From an uncultured Campylobacter sp. (GTDB lineage Bacteria > Campylobacterota > Campylobacteria > Campylobacterales > Campylobacteraceae), in the NCBI GenBank assembly GCA_963515585.1, contig CAUPXM010000004.1, forward strand, positions 7,259 to 71,258: 64,000 nucleotides of DNA, read 5' to 3'. Within the stretch, counting starts at the first letter, position 1, and every line of letters begins with the position of its first letter. The notes under the pieces are model-generated. The model did not search any database. It was not told the origin of the DNA and worked only from the letters and a program-made list of their open reading frames with translations. The translations under genes and the position numbers were made by a program. Positions 21,010 to 34,681 of the stretch are shown here, in pieces.

Positions 21010-21081
21010 ATAAAATTTACCGCAAGCTAAGGAGAAATTTATGAAATTTAATCTCGTAACGCCAAGCAAGGAATGCAACAG

Positions 21082-22209
21082 ATGGCTCGTATAGGCTTTT
21101 TAAGCCATGCCGATATGAGCTTGCATTTCTTTCGCCGCCCGATAATGCAGGCTTTAAAAGAGCGCGGGCACGAGGTTTTCGCAATTGCTCCTCGCGGCGC
21201 TTATACGCAGGATTTAGCGCGCGATTTTAATGCCGTAACTTACGATCTTGATCGAGCGAGCTTAAATCCGTTTACCGTATTTAGCAACACCAAAGCCCTT
21301 GCGCGCGAGCTAAAGAGGCTAAATTTGGACCTGCTGCAAACAGCCGCGCATAAATCAAACGTGTTTGGTACACTGGCGGCTCGAGAGGCGGGTATAAAAT
21401 ATGTAATAAACTTAGTCGAGGGGCTGGGCAGCTTTTATATCGACGATGATATTAAAACAAGGCTTGTGCGAGCGGTTTTGGAGAAGCTTTATAAATTTTC
21501 ATTTTCGCAGGCAGATGCTTGCGTATTTGTAAACGATGCCGATCCCGATTATATGCTATCTCGCGGGCTTATTGCGAAGCAAAAGGTCATAAGGATTAAA
21601 AGTGTAGGCGTAGATGCTGAAAGGTTCAACCCCAAAATCGTTAGTGCAGCGGATCTGGGCGAGGATTTGCACGGCAAAAAGATCGTGCTGATGATAGCTC
21701 GCGCGATGTGGCATAAGGGAGTGAGAGAATTCTACGAAGCAGCAGAAATTTTAAAAGATCGATCGGATGCAAAATTTGTCTTTGTGGGCGAGGGTTTTGC
21801 GGGCAATAAAAGCACCGCTGATCCTGCGTTTTTGCAAAGCGGTGCGGTGCATTATCTAGGCGCCAGAAACGACGTGCCAGAGCTTTTGAAGGCTAGTTAC
21901 CTACTGGCACTTTCTAGCTACAAGGAGGGCTTTCCGCGCACGGTTTTAGAGGCGATGAGCATGGCGCGAGCCTGCGTGGTAAGCGATTGCAGTGGCTGCG
22001 TCGAAGCGGTGCAGGATGGCGTCAACGGTCTAATCTGCCGCACTCGCGACGCGAATGATCTTGCGCGAAAGATCGAAATTTTATTGGACGATGCCGCGCT
22101 TTGCGAGAGGCTAGGGCAAAACGGACGCGAGATGGTGCTTGCAAATTACGACGAAAATATCGTCACGAAAAAATATTTAGAGGTTTATAGGAAATTTATC
22201 GATGTATAG
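21082..22209 (+). CDS. pglA: GT4 glycosyltransferase PglA
   Basis: [33 protein letters not shown] parallels the C. jejuni PglA N-terminus. AAGGA lies 9 nt upstream of ATG 21082. ATG 21073 is an alternative start. Confidence 0.85.
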   Translation: MARIGFLSHADMSLHFFRRPIMQALKERGHEVFAIAPRGAYTQDLARDFNAVTYDLDRASLNPFTVFSNTKALARELKRLNLDLLQTAAHKSNVFGTLAAREAGIKYVINLVEGLGSFYIDDDIKTRLVRAVLEKLYKFSFSQADACVFVNDADPDYMLSRGLIAKQKVIRIKSVGVDAERFNPKIVSAADLGEDLHGKKIVLMIARAMWHKGVREFYEAAEILKDRSDAKFVFVGEGFAGNKSTADPAFLQSGAVHYLGARNDVPELLKASYLLALSSYKEGFPRTVLEAMSMARACVVSDCSGCVEAVQDGVNGLICRTRDANDLARKIEILLDDAALCERLGQNGREMVLANYDENIVTKKYLEVYRKFIDV

Positions 22210-22793
22210 GTGTTTTTTAAAGCGTGTGCTCGATTTTACGGCGGCTTTGGTTTTGATCATTTTGGTTTCGCCCGTGATGGCGCTTACGTGGTTCTTGATC
22301 CGCAAGCACATTAGCAAAAGTGCGATTTTTACGCAATCTCGCCCTGGGCTTGATGAGCAAATTTTTAAAATTTACAAATTTAAAACGATGAGCGACGAGC
22401 GCGGCGCTGACGGCGAGCTTCTGCCCGACGAAGCGCGGCTGAACGATTACGGCAAAAAGATCCGCGCGCTAAGCCTGGATGAGCTGCCGCAGCTTTTCAA
22501 CGTGCTAAAGGGCGATATGAGCTTCATCGGGCCGCGCCCGCTGCTGATCGAGTACCTGCCGCTTTATTCGCCGCAGCAGAGCCTGCGACACAGCGTGCGC
22601 CCGGGCATCACGGGGCTTGCGCAGGTAAACGGTCGCAACGCGATCAGCTGGGAGAAAAAATTTGAGTTCGATACGTATTATGCGCAAAATTTAAGCTTCG
22701 CGCTTGATCTTAAGATCGCGCTTTTAACGATTAAAAAAGTGCTTGCGAAAGAGGGCGTGAATAAAGAGGGCATGGCGACGACGGAGAAATTTA

Positions 22794-22807
<14 letters not shown>
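22202..22807 (+). CDS. pglC: undecaprenyl-phosphate bacillosamine-1-phosphate transferase (PglC)
   Basis: 201 aa with a single N-terminal TM segment. [23 protein letters not shown] motif of small bacterial sugar transferases. Confidence 0.9.
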
Positions 22808-24606
<1,799 letters not shown>

Positions 24607-24607
<1 letters not shown>

Positions 24608-26412
24608 TGCTGTTAAAGCCCACTAAATTTAGCCGCTTCGCGTTTTTTTTGCTAGGAGATATTTTTATCTCGATCCTCTCCGTTTATATCGCGTTTTTGC
24701 TGCGATTTAGCGGAGATATACCGAACGAATTCTATAAAGGCGCGCTGCTTAGCGCCTCGAGTCTTACGGCGATTAAAATTTTCTATTTTTGGTTTTTGCG
24801 GATCTATTTAGTTCCGTGGAGATTTTTCGGGCTATATGAAGCGAGGAAGCTCTTTTATGCGCACGTTATGGCGGCGCTTACCTTTTTGATCCTGTTTTTT
24901 TTAGCGAGTAAAGTTTTTAACCCATTCCCGCGCTCGGTCATCATCATCGACGCGGCGATCTCGTTTATTTTGATCAGTGGGGTTAGAATTTCAAAGCGGA
25001 TGTTTCTAAGTGAGAAGAAAAATATCACGAATAACGAGCCCTGCATCGTCGTAGGCGCTACGAGCAAGACCTTTCACGTCCTAAAAGGTATGCGGCAAAA
25101 ATATATCAACTACTATCCAGTGGGTGTCGTGGACGGACGGCCTGAGCTAGTAGGAACGTATTGCGAAAATTACGTCGTCAGGGCTAAGAGCGAAATTCCG
25201 CAGATGATCAAAGATAGCGGTGCTAAAACTGCGATCATCGCGCTGGCACTGTATCCGGACGAGCTAAAGCAGCTCTACGACGAGCTTTTTGCATACGGGC
25301 TAAAGGATATCAAGCTCTTTTCACTTTTGGAGGATGAGAGCAAAAAGATCCGCGACGTATCGATCGAGGATCTGCTCGCGCGCAAACCCAAAGACCTCGA
25401 CACCAAGGCGATCGAAAATTTTATCAAAGATAAGATCGTGCTGGTAACGGGCGCGGGCGGCACGATAGGAAGCGAAATTTGTAAGCAATGCTTAAAATTC
25501 GGCGCAAAGCGTCTTATCATGGTCGAACACAGCGAGTTTAATCTCTACTCGATCAACGAAGCTACGGGCGCGGACGCGCGTAACGAGCTAAAGATGATAA
25601 ACGTCGTTTATCGCCATGAGCTGGAGGAGGTTTTTGCAGAATTTAGTCCCGAGGTAGTCGTGCACGCAGCGGCGTATAAGCATGTGCCGCTATGCGAGTT
25701 TAATCCGCATCTAGCGGTCAAGAACAATGTCATCGGCACAAAAAATGTAATCGATCTATCCAAAAAATATGGCGCGAAAAAGGTCGTTTTGATCTCGACC
25801 GATAAGGCGGTGCGACCGACGAACATTATGGGCACTACGAAGCGTATCTGCGAGCTTTACGCGTTAAATTCCAACGACGCGGCAAGCGACACGCAGATCG
25901 TCGCGGTGCGCTTCGGAAACGTGCTCGGCTCAAGCGGTAGTGTCATCCCTAAATTTAAACGCCAGATCGAAGCGAACGAGCCGCTTACCGTTACGCATCC
26001 CGAGATTACGAGATATTTTATGCTCGTTAGCGAGGCGTGCCAGCTGGTGCTTCAAGCGGCCTCCATCGCGCAGGGCGGCGAGCTTTTCGTGCTGGATATG
26101 GGCGAGCCCGTAAAGATCGCCGATCTTGCCAAGCGAATGCTGCAGCTTGCCGGCAAGGAGGAGCTTGGCATTAAATTTGTCGGTCTGCGCCCCGGCGAAA
26201 AGCTTTATGAGGAGCTTTTGATCGACGAAAACGACAAGAGCACGAAGTACCAATCCATATTCGTAACCCACTCCGCAAAATACGACCTGCAAGAGCTAAG
26301 CTCGCAGATCGAGGAGCTTTCGGAGTGCGAGGACGCGCAGGTTGCGGATAAGCTAAAGCGCATCGTGCCCGAGTTTTCGCACCGATTAAACGATATGAAG
26401 GGCACGGCTTGA
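24607..26412 (+). CDS. pglF: membrane-anchored UDP-GlcNAc C6 dehydratase (PglF)
   Basis: 601 aa with N-terminal TM segments. GAGGTIGSE Rossmann motif and an SDR Y-x3-K region. Confidence 0.9.
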
Positions 26413-27152
26413 TCGGTATCGTGGATTACGGCGCGGGCAATATCCAAAGCGTAATGAACGCACTTAGCTTTTGCGGCGCTAAATTTTGCCTCGCGCGCAG
26501 CCCCGAGGAGCTTTTGAGCTGCGATAAGGCTCTGCTTCCGGGCGTGGGCGCATTCGGAGAGGCGATGGATAGGCTTCGCGCAAGCGGTATGGACGATGCG
26601 ATTAAAGAATTCGTCACAAGCGGCAGATATTTTTTAGGCATCTGCCTTGGTATGCAGCTTCTGTTCGAACAAAGCGAGGAATTCGGCGCGCGCAGCGGGC
26701 TTGGAATTTTACCCGGTCGCGTCGTAAAATTTGATAAAACGAAATTCAATATTCAGGGGGCGGAATCCAGGTCCGAAAATATGAAATTTAGAGAAAATAC
26801 AAAATTTATATCGGGCGAGACAGAATTTAATTCAGATAGGGCAGAGCTGAGCGAGCGCAGCGGGCAAAATTTTACCCGCGCCGAAAGCCTAAAGATCCCG
26901 CATGTCGGCTGGAACAGTGCGCATTTTATAAAGCGCTCGCCGATAAACGGGGGCTTGGGCGAGTTTGAGTATCTGTATTTCGTGCACTCCTACCACGTCC
27001 TTTGCGTGCGCGAGATCACGCTTGCGACCACATTTTACGGCTATGAGTTTGCAAGCGCGATCTGGCGCGAAAACGTATTTGCCTTTCAGCCACATCCCGA
27101 AAAAAGCCACGATGCGGGCATAAAAATCATTAAAAATTTTACGGAGCTGTGA
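26409..27152 (+). CDS. hisH: imidazole glycerol phosphate synthase glutaminase subunit HisH, with an insertion of about 49 aa
   Basis: GAGNIQSV, catalytic GICLGMQLL, and PHVGWN...FVHSYH. Extra segment at 26739-26885. TTG start overlaps the pglF stop. Confidence 0.88.
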   Translation: MIGIVDYGAGNIQSVMNALSFCGAKFCLARSPEELLSCDKALLPGVGAFGEAMDRLRASGMDDAIKEFVTSGRYFLGICLGMQLLFEQSEEFGARSGLGILPGRVVKFDKTKFNIQGAESRSENMKFRENTKFISGETEFNSDRAELSERSGQNFTRAESLKIPHVGWNSAHFIKRSPINGGLGEFEYLYFVHSYHVLCVREITLATTFYGYEFASAIWRENVFAFQPHPEKSHDAGIKIIKNFTEL

Positions 27153-27859
27153 TGGAGATTTTCCCTGCGATCGATCTGAAACAAGGATGCGCCGTACGCC
27201 TTAGCAAGGGCGAGATGCAAAGCGCAAAAATTTATTCTAAAGACCCCTGCGAGCTAGCTAAAAAATTTGAAAATCTCGGTGCTAAATGGTTGCATTTAGT
27301 TGATTTAGACGGCGCGTTTGCGGGTGAGGCGGTAAATTTCAAAGCGATCGAGCGGATCGTAAAAAGCACGCGTCTGCGCGTAGAAGTGGGCGGCGGAATC
27401 CGCGACGAAGCGCGTATAAAGGAGTATTTGAGTTTGGGCGTCGATAGATTTATCCTCGGCTCGGCGGCGCTAAAAAACCCGGATTTCGTAAAGCAAATGG
27501 CGAAGTTTTACCGCATCGTCGTGGGCATAGACGCAAAAGAGGGGCTAGTAGCGACCGAGGGCTGGGCGGAGCTAAGCCGCGTAAAAGCGACCGATCTGGC
27601 GCGAGACTACGCGGACGCGGGCGTTTGCGCAATCATCTGCACCGACATATCGCGCGACGGGATGTTAAGCGGCGTAAACGTAGAATTTAGCCGCTCTATC
27701 GCGAAAGCTAGCGGTATCGACACTATTGCAAGCGGCGGCGTGAAAGATATGAACGACATAATCGCGCTAAAAAACGCAGAGCTCATAGCGGGCGTCATCG
27801 TCGGCAAGGCGTATTACGAGGGTACGCTCGATCTTAAAAAGGCGTTTGAGGCTCTATAA
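27152..27859 (+). CDS. hisA: ProFAR isomerase HisA
   Basis: [17 protein letters not shown] and the phosphate-binding GGGIR and SGGV regions. ATG 27152 overlaps the hisH TGA. GTG 27149 is an alternative start. Confidence 0.9.
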   Translation: MEIFPAIDLKQGCAVRLSKGEMQSAKIYSKDPCELAKKFENLGAKWLHLVDLDGAFAGEAVNFKAIERIVKSTRLRVEVGGGIRDEARIKEYLSLGVDRFILGSAALKNPDFVKQMAKFYRIVVGIDAKEGLVATEGWAELSRVKATDLARDYADAGVCAIICTDISRDGMLSGVNVEFSRSIAKASGIDTIASGGVKDMNDIIALKNAELIAGVIVGKAYYEGTLDLKKAFEAL

Positions 27860-27937
27860 AAACGCCCGAGCGTAAGCAAAGTTTGAACTAAATTTTAGTA
27901 ATATGCAAATTTTAAAATTTAAAGGCGATGTGAGGCG

Positions 27938-28822
27938 ATGAAAGATTTTTTTTATGAGATGATCGTAAAAAGCGCGAATGCAAGCGAGCTTTTTAAAAAC
28001 TTTGCGTTTGAGCTCGGCGTTACCTGCGTCGAAGAACGCGGCGAGCGTTTCATAATCCGCGACGAAGAGGATCCGCAAAATTTAAAATTTGCGTTTGAAG
28101 AGTTTAAAAAGGCGCTCGCTCGCTCTCTAAATTTAGACGCCGATCTGCAGATCGAAATTTCAAAAAGGCCTAATATCGATTGGATCGAGCAGTATAAAAA
28201 AGGCGTCGCGCCCGTGGCAGTCGGTAAATTTTACGTCCGTCCGAGCTGGTGCGAAAGATCGCAAGATTGCGCGCTAATCGATCTGCTAATCGATCCTGCG
28301 CTGGCGTTCGGTTCAGGCCATCACGAAAGCACCAATATGTGCCTAGCGCTACTTAGCGAGCTTGCTCGCGATGGCATGAGCGCGCTTGACGTGGGCTGCG
28401 GCAGCGGAATTTTAAGTATCGCGATGAAAAAACTGGGCGCAAAGGTAAGCGCCTGCGATACCGACGAGCAGGCGGTGACAGCTACGCAGCAAAACGCGGA
28501 GAAAAACGGCGTGCAGATCGATAAAATTTGGCTCGGCAGCGTTTCAAGCTTGGGCGAGCAGGCGTCTAGTTTAAGCGAGCAAGGCTCAAGCGCAGCCGCG
28601 CAGCCGCAGTTTGATCTCGTCGTCGCAAATATAATCGCCGACGTGATTTTGATCCTAAGCGCGGATCTGAAAAAAGTGCTAAAACCGGGCGGCAAGCTCG
28701 TGCTGTCTGGAATTTTAGAAAAATATAAAGATAGGATCGAGCAAGCTTTTTCGGATTTAAATTTCGTGCAGATGAAAAAGCAAAACGAATGGCTCAGCTT
28801 CGTATATGAAAGGAAAATATGA
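27938..28822 (+). CDS. prmA: ribosomal protein L11 methyltransferase
   Basis: DPALAFGSGHHESTNMC and the SAM motif DVGCGSGILS. A short Ser/Gln-rich tandem (SLGEQAS/SLSEQGS) is inserted before FDLVVANI. Confidence 0.88.
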   Translation: MKDFFYEMIVKSANASELFKNFAFELGVTCVEERGERFIIRDEEDPQNLKFAFEEFKKALARSLNLDADLQIEISKRPNIDWIEQYKKGVAPVAVGKFYVRPSWCERSQDCALIDLLIDPALAFGSGHHESTNMCLALLSELARDGMSALDVGCGSGILSIAMKKLGAKVSACDTDEQAVTATQQNAEKNGVQIDKIWLGSVSSLGEQASSLSEQGSSAAAQPQFDLVVANIIADVILILSADLKKVLKPGGKLVLSGILEKYKDRIEQAFSDLNFVQMKKQNEWLSFVYERKI

Positions 28823-30768
28823 ATAATAACCCAAATAATCAACCCCCTCAAAACGGCGGCGGAAACAATTTTTTCAATAAAAATCCGATCGGCGTTTTTA
28901 TAATTTTTGCGCTTATTTTGATAGTCGTGTTTAAAGCGATATCCCCAAGTGGCGGATTTGATAGTGGCGGAGTGCTAGGCTCCGTTTCAGGCGAGAGTAG
29001 AAACGTAACTTACTCCGAGCTAAAATCGCAAATCAAAAACTCTCAAGTAAGCATGGTCTCCATCGGAAGCTCCACGATTAAGGCGCAAGTAGGTAACGTA
29101 ATCTACACCGCCAAGCGCGTGGATGATCCCGAGCTAGTTCAAATTTTAGAATCGCGCAAAATTCCATACGGCGCGTATAACGAGAGCAATTTTTTGACCG
29201 ATCTGCTCTTTAGCTGGGTCTTGCCGCTCGTGATTTTCTTTGGAATTTGGATGTTTTTAGCCAACCGCATGCAGCGCAATATGGGCGGTGGCGTGCTCGG
29301 CATCGGAAGCTCTAAAAACCTGGTAAGCGCCGAAAAACCGAAGGTTAAATTTAGCGATGTCGCGGGCGTCGAAGAGGCGAAAGAGGAGGTTAAAGAGATC
29401 GTAGATTTCTTAAAAAACCCCGAGCGATATATCAGCCTCGGAGCTAAAATTCCAAAAGGCGTGCTTTTGGTTGGACCTCCGGGCACGGGCAAGACGCTGC
29501 TAGCCAAAGCGGTCGCGGGCGAAGCGGACGTGCCGTTTTTTTCGGTATCGGGCTCGAGCTTTATAGAGATGTTCGTAGGCGTGGGCGCCAGCAGAGTGCG
29601 CGATCTATTCGATAACGCTAAAAAACAGGCTCCGGCGATCGTTTTCATCGACGAGATCGATGCGATCGGTAAAAGCAGAACCGCAGGCGGTATCGGCGGC
29701 GGTAACGACGAGCGCGAACAGACGCTAAATCAGCTGCTTGCCGAGATGGACGGCTTCGGCTCGGAATCAAGCCCGGTAATCGTCCTTGCGGCTACCAACC
29801 GCCCGGAGACGCTGGATGCGGCGCTTCTGCGTCCGGGCAGATTCGATAGACAGGTTTTGGTCGATAGACCCGATTTTGACGGCAGAATGGCGATTTTAAA
29901 GGTGCATATGCGCGACGTTAAATTTGCCCGCGACATCGATATAGAAGAGATCGCGCGCCTTACCGTGGGCTTTGCGGGAGCCGATCTTGCAAACATCATC
30001 AACGAAGCCGCGCTTTTAGCTGGTCGCGAGGCAAAGGCGGAGGTCGAGCAAAAAGACCTGCTCGAAGCGATCGAGCGCGTCGGTATCGGACTGGCTAAAA
30101 AATCGCGCCGCGTAAGCCCGATCGAAAAGCGAATCGTCGCCTACCACGAAAGCGGCCATGCTCTTATCGCCGAGCTTACCAAAGGCGCGATGCCGGTATC
30201 TAAAGTAACTATCGTACCGCGCGGATTGAGCGCCGCGGGATACACGCTAAATTCGCCGTTTGAAAATAGATACCTACACCAGCGCCATGAAATTTTTGCC
30301 GAGATCGATACGTTTTTAGCGGGTCGCGCGGCGGAGGACGTGTTTTTAGGCGAGATCACCGACGGCGCGGGCAACGACCTACAGCGCGCTACCGATATGC
30401 TTAAATTTATGGCCACTCAGGTCGGAATGACCGAAGCTCTTGGGCTTGCGGTGCTAGAAAAGCAGCAGTACTCCTTCCTAAACGGCGGACAGAGCATCAA
30501 GGATTACAGCGAGGTAACGGCGGTTAAGATCGACGAATATGTCCGCAAGACGCTGGATGAGCGTTACGCGGCAGTAAAAGAGACGCTAAGGACCTACGCT
30601 CCGGCGATCGAGGAGATGGTAAAGGCGCTGTATGAGAAGGAGACGGTCTCGGGTGAGCAGATCGTGGAGATCATCTCTAAATTTGAAAAAGATAACGGCA
30701 TGCCTACCCGTCTGGTGCGAAATTTAGGCGCTAACGACGATATCGAAAGTGCAAAGAGCGAGGCTTAA
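28819..30768 (+). CDS. ftsH: ATP-dependent zinc metalloprotease FtsH
   Basis: Two N-terminal TM segments, Walker A GPPGTGKT, the SRH region and zinc motif HESGHA. Confidence 0.97.
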   Translation: MNNNPNNQPPQNGGGNNFFNKNPIGVFIIFALILIVVFKAISPSGGFDSGGVLGSVSGESRNVTYSELKSQIKNSQVSMVSIGSSTIKAQVGNVIYTAKRVDDPELVQILESRKIPYGAYNESNFLTDLLFSWVLPLVIFFGIWMFLANRMQRNMGGGVLGIGSSKNLVSAEKPKVKFSDVAGVEEAKEEVKEIVDFLKNPERYISLGAKIPKGVLLVGPPGTGKTLLAKAVAGEADVPFFSVSGSSFIEMFVGVGASRVRDLFDNAKKQAPAIVFIDEIDAIGKSRTAGGIGGGNDEREQTLNQLLAEMDGFGSESSPVIVLAATNRPETLDAALLRPGRFDRQVLVDRPDFDGRMAILKVHMRDVKFARDIDIEEIARLTVGFAGADLANIINEAALLAGREAKAEVEQKDLLEAIERVGIGLAKKSRRVSPIEKRIVAYHESGHALIAELTKGAMPVSKVTIVPRGLSAAGYTLNSPFENRYLHQRHEIFAEIDTFLAGRAAEDVFLGEITDGAGNDLQRATDMLKFMATQVGMTEALGLAVLEKQQYSFLNGGQSIKDYSEVTAVKIDEYVRKTLDERYAAVKETLRTYAPAIEEMVKALYEKETVSGEQIVEIISKFEKDNGMPTRLVRNLGANDDIESAKSEA

Positions 30769-30894
30769 ATTTAAAGCCTCGCGCAGGGCAAGAACTTAGC
30801 GCTAAATTTTAAGAAGGTCGCGCTAAAATGCTTTATGCGCGATCTGCGACGCCGAACGAAAAGCGGCGCGAAAATAAAATTTAAAGAGTAAGAG

Positions 30895-31644
30895 ATGGAA
30901 GAGGAAAAGGGAAAATTAATCTACATATTGCCGAATTTTTTCACGGCGGCAAGTGCTTTTTTGGCGGTTATCAGCATAATTTCTACGATCAAAGGCAACT
31001 TCAGCGCCGCGATCTTTTATATCATTTTATCCTTGATCTGCGACGGACTCGACGGCCGCGTAGCGAGGCTAACGCATGCTACGTCGAAATTCGGCGTGGA
31101 GTTTGATAGCCTTGCGGATATCGTAGCTTTCGGCGTAGCGCCGGCGCTGCTATTTTACTGTGCGGTCGGGCACGATTACGGTAAGGTCGGCTCGCTCGTA
31201 TCCGCGCTTTACGTGGTTTTCGGCGCGATCAGACTGGCGCGATTCAACGTCACCACGGGCACCTACGAGCCTAGCGTTTTTATCGGACTGCCGATACCAA
31301 CGGCAGCGATTACGATGGCGTTTTGGATCGGAATTTATCTAAAATATGAACTCTCCAAAGGGTTTGGGGTATTTTTGATCATCGCAATGGCGGCGCTATC
31401 GTTTTTGATGGTAAGCAACATCCGCTTTCCGAGCTTTAAAAAGATCAGCCTAAAGCGCCCCAATGCGATTAAAATTTTAGTGCTTCTAATCGTCGTGTTT
31501 TTCTCGCTTTTATATCTTTTCAAGCTGGAATTCCCGGCGGTGCTTACTTTGGTTTATATCGTTTACGGTTTGGTTCGCGGAGCTTTAAATTTAAGCGCGG
31601 CTAAATTTCATAAAAAAGACAAACCCGAGGAAACGGCGAAATAA
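30895..31644 (+). CDS. pssA: CDP-diacylglycerol--serine O-phosphatidyltransferase
   Basis: CDP-alcohol phosphatidyltransferase motif DGLDGRVARL...GVEFDSLADIV in a multi-TM protein. Confidence 0.9.
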   Translation: MEEEKGKLIYILPNFFTAASAFLAVISIISTIKGNFSAAIFYIILSLICDGLDGRVARLTHATSKFGVEFDSLADIVAFGVAPALLFYCAVGHDYGKVGSLVSALYVVFGAIRLARFNVTTGTYEPSVFIGLPIPTAAITMAFWIGIYLKYELSKGFGVFLIIAMAALSFLMVSNIRFPSFKKISLKRPNAIKILVLLIVVFFSLLYLFKLEFPAVLTLVYIVYGLVRGALNLSAAKFHKKDKPEETAK

Positions 31645-31728
31645 TCTCAGATATGTTTATCGCCGCGATTGTTTTAAGCTTGCACGGCTATAATTTCGCC
31701 AAATTTTAACGCTTTGAAAGGATTTGTA

Positions 31729-33243
31729 ATGGACAAAAATAAAATCATAATCTTCGATACGACGCTTCGTGACGGCGAGCAAAGCCCAGGAGCGTCGATG
31801 AATACGGACGAGAAGATCCATCTTGCGTTGCAGCTTGAAAAGCTGGGCGTGGATGTTATCGAGGCCGGTTTTGCGGCGGCGAGCCAAGGCGATTTTGACG
31901 CGATAGAAAAGATCGCTAGCGCCGTTAGCAAGGCTCGCGTATGCTCTCTTGCGCGCGCTTTAGAAAAAGACATCAAGGCCGCAGGCGAAGCGATAAAGGG
32001 CGCGAAGCTTGGGCGTATCCACACCTTCATCGCCACAAGCCCGATTCATATGGAATTTAAACTTAAAATGCAGCCGCAAGAGGTCATAAAGCGCGCCGTA
32101 GAGTCTGTGCAATACGCAAAAAGTCTATGCGATGACGTAGAGTTTAGCTGCGAGGATGCGTGCAGAAGCGATATGGGTTTTTTAAAAGAGATCTGCGACG
32201 CCGCGATAAACGCCGGAGCCTCCACCATAAATATCCCCGATACGGTGGGCTATCTCTACCCGGACGAGATCACCGCCCGAATAGGCGAGCTCGTTAAGCT
32301 TATCGGCGAGCGCGCCGTAGTTTCGGTGCACAATCACAACGACTTGGGAATGGCTACCGTAAATTCCTTGGCTGCCATCTTGGCAGGAGCCAGACAGGTC
32401 GAGTGCACGATAAACGGTATCGGCGAGCGCGCGGGTAACGCGGCGCTAGAGGAGATCGTAATGGCGATCAAGACGCGCACAGATAAATTTGCGCCGCTTT
32501 ATACCGATATAAATTTGAAAGAAATTTATCCATCCAGCCGCCTAGTCGCGAGCATCACCGGCATCGAGCCGCAGCCTAATAAAGCGATCGTAGGCAAAAA
32601 CGCCTTCGCGCATGAAAGCGGTATCCACCAAGACGGCGTGTTAAAACACAAAGAAACCTACGAGATCATGCACGCCGAGGATATCGGGCTTGATAAAAAC
32701 TCGCTCGTGCTGGGCAAGCACAGCGGCCGCCACGCCTTTAAGGACAAGCTGGTATCTTTGGGCTATGAGCTTAGTAACGAGCAGATTGAGATCGCGTTTA
32801 ATAAATTTAAAGCGCTCGCTGATAGCAAAAAGGACGTTTTCGACGAGGATATTAGAGAGCTTGTAAACGACGAGTTCGTGGGAGCCGAAAAGACCTATGA
32901 AGTGCTGGTTTTAAGCTCCAATAGCTGCAACAAAGGACACGCTAGCACCGCACTTACGCTAAGGTATAAGGATGAAATTTTAAGCGATAGCGCGCTTGGA
33001 AACGGCGGCGTGGATGCGATATTTAAGGCGATAGACCGTATCAGCGGCATCAGCGGTAGCCTGAAAGAATACCAAGTAAAAGCGGTCTCTCAAGGCAAAG
33101 ACGCGCTGGCGAAAGTAACCGTTAAGGTGGAATTTGCGGGCGAGGGCGCCATTATCGGCAGAGGACTTGACGTAGATACGATGCTGGCGTCTGCAAAGGC
33201 CTATGTTGCGGCGCTAAATACGTATCTGGACGCTAAGCGCTAA
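31729..33243 (+). CDS. leuA: 2-isopropylmalate synthase
   Basis: [12 protein letters not shown] and [10 protein letters not shown] motifs plus the C-terminal LeuA dimerisation/regulatory region. AAAGGA lies 6 nt before ATG 31729. Confidence 0.95.
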   Translation: MDKNKIIIFDTTLRDGEQSPGASMNTDEKIHLALQLEKLGVDVIEAGFAAASQGDFDAIEKIASAVSKARVCSLARALEKDIKAAGEAIKGAKLGRIHTFIATSPIHMEFKLKMQPQEVIKRAVESVQYAKSLCDDVEFSCEDACRSDMGFLKEICDAAINAGASTINIPDTVGYLYPDEITARIGELVKLIGERAVVSVHNHNDLGMATVNSLAAILAGARQVECTINGIGERAGNAALEEIVMAIKTRTDKFAPLYTDINLKEIYPSSRLVASITGIEPQPNKAIVGKNAFAHESGIHQDGVLKHKETYEIMHAEDIGLDKNSLVLGKHSGRHAFKDKLVSLGYELSNEQIEIAFNKFKALADSKKDVFDEDIRELVNDEFVGAEKTYEVLVLSSNSCNKGHASTALTLRYKDEILSDSALGNGGVDAIFKAIDRISGISGSLKEYQVKAVSQGKDALAKVTVKVEFAGEGAIIGRGLDVDTMLASAKAYVAALNTYLDAKR

Positions 33244-33258
33244 GATGTCGGCGTGCGC

Positions 33259-33292
33259 GGCGGGATTTGTTAAATTTAACGCAAATTCCGCC
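33259..33292 (+). terminator. GC-clamped hairpin centred on TTAAATTTAA, downstream of leuA
   Basis: GGCGGGATTTG (33259-33269) pairs with CAAATTCCGCC (33282-33292), including one G-T pair, and the inner GTTAAA/TTTAAC also pairs. No clear U-tract follows. Confidence 0.35.
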
Positions 33293-33400
33293 AGATTAAA
33301 CAAATCAAAAGCAAAATTTTAATAATATTTTACACTTAAAGCGTTGGAGTAGGGGGTATTGAGCCGAAACTCGTTTTAAAATTTATTTATGGAGACTTTT

Positions 33401-33739
33401 ATGAAAAAAGTTCTTGTATTGTTATTCGCGCTTTGCGGCGCGGCTTTCGCTAGCGAGCAGCTGAGTGCTTACACTCAGATCGTTTCTTTTTCTGCAATTA
33501 CCGTTGCAGTCGTTTTAGGTCTAGCCGCTTTGGGTGGCGCGTTAGGTATGGGAAATGCCGCTAGTGCGACGCTTAACGGCATCGCTAGAAATCCGAGCGT
33601 AGCTAGCAAACTATCGACTACGATGTATATTTCGCTTGCGATGATCGAAGCGCAGGTTATCTATGCGTTGGTTGTTTCATTCGTCTTGCTTTTTGCAAAC
33701 CCTTTCATAACAGAAGGTCTTGCGGCTGCTGCAAAATAA
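33401..33739 (+). CDS. atpE: F0F1 ATP synthase subunit c
   Basis: Hairpin proteolipid with LGGALGMGN and ALAMIEAQVIYALV (carboxylate Glu). GGAG lies 6 nt before ATG 33401. Confidence 0.92.
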   Translation: MKKVLVLLFALCGAAFASEQLSAYTQIVSFSAITVAVVLGLAALGGALGMGNAASATLNGIARNPSVASKLSTTMYISLAMIEAQVIYALVVSFVLLFANPFITEGLAAAAK

Positions 33740-33745
33740 TCCTAG

Positions 33746-33764
33746 GCCCGAGAAATCGGGCTTT
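33746..33764 (+). terminator. rho-independent terminator of atpE
   Basis: GCCCGA-GAAA-TCGGGC followed by TTT, 7 nt after the atpE stop. Confidence 0.65.
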
Positions 33765-33808
33765 AAACTTATATAATTCAAGGCTTAAGATCAAGCTTTA
33801 AAATTTAT

Positions 33809-33893
33809 GCGACCGTGGTGGAATTGGTAGACACGCTATCTTGAGGGGGTAGTGCCGCAAGGTGTACGAGTTCAAGTCTCGTCGGTCGCACCA
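33809..33893 (+). tRNA. tRNA-Leu (anticodon GAG)
   Basis: Folded by hand. Acceptor GCGACCG/CGGTCGC; anticodon stem CTATC/GGTAG with loop TTGAGGG; long variable arm; T-arm ACGAG-TTCAAGT-CTCGT; encoded CCA. Confidence 0.93.
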
Positions 33894-34142
33894 TCTATCA
33901 AAATTTTCCCCTATTTTTTCGTTTTTTGAATTTTTAAATAATTTTTTGAGCCCTATTTTTGGTAATTTTAAAATTATTCTTAAAAAATTCTTAATACTTG
34001 AAACTGCCGATTGATACATATATTTTAAGAAAAACTACTATATATTAAAAAATTGTATAGTAGCTTTTTCTACGCTCCTGCTTTGTTAATCCTTTGAGGA
34101 AATTCTATAATCTGCCTAAAATTACTATATAAAGGAAGAAAG

Positions 34143-34466
34143 ATGACGGAAGTTTTTACCAAAATTAAGGATAATCCAATTTTTAAATCAGACCCTGATA
34201 AAGTAGTCAGGAATTTTATCTTGCCGCAATATAAGCGCACTATGGTCGAAGTCTTAGATGATTTTATGGCCGTTAAATTTTATAGCTCACCGGCCAGAGA
34301 CGGAACGGTTAAAATGCATAGACACTATCACTATACGCAAGGCGGCAAGTTAATCAAGGTTCTAGGCAATGCCGACGAAATAACATTCGAAGGGGCTAGA
34401 ATATTGTTAATATTCATAATTTGTGCTACCAGTAAATACATGCTCTATGCTGCTCCTAGCGTATAG
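34143..34466 (+). CDS. hypothetical protein, probably 3'-truncated
   Basis: Good RBS (AAGGAAG). The first 85 aa or so are protein-like. The last 20 aa or so (ARILLIFIICATSKYMLYAAPSV) read through the antisense of the adhesin-repeat fragment. Confidence 0.4.
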   Translation: MTEVFTKIKDNPIFKSDPDKVVRNFILPQYKRTMVEVLDDFMAVKFYSSPARDGTVKMHRHYHYTQGGKLIKVLGNADEITFEGARILLIFIICATSKYMLYAAPSV

Positions 34467-34681
34467 TTTGGGTTGCTATGGTGCATAAACATATAAGTTT
34501 TTGCTTCATTGCCGTTTATGGCAGGTATGGTTACTTTTACAAATTCACCTTCTTTTAACTCTCTACTAAGCGAGATTGTAAAATTCATCTTTCCTGCTTT
34601 TTCTACCGCATTTGCATTTGATACATTTACAGCTATCTCATCTGCTTTGTGTAGGGTTATGTCAGATACTCTTGGTATGGA
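34445..34681 (-). pseudogene. Calx-beta/adhesin-repeat-like fragment, out of frame with the upstream RTX ORF
   Basis: Open frame without a start: ...VSDITLHKADEIAVNVSNANAVEKAGKMNFTISLSRELKEGEFVKVTIPAINGNEAKTYMF... This matches the V-x-V-x-x-A-x-x-x-E-x-x-G-x-x-x-F-T-[IV]-x-L-S pattern of beta-sandwich repeats in large RTX adhesins. It overlaps the 3' end of 34657..35550 in another frame. Confidence 0.45.

Noticed and set aside
28321-29648. Minus-strand ORFs 28321..28851 (176 aa) and 29139..29648 (169 aa)
   Set aside because: They are antisense to prmA and ftsH, which carry unmistakable motifs. Their composition is atypical and they have no RBS.
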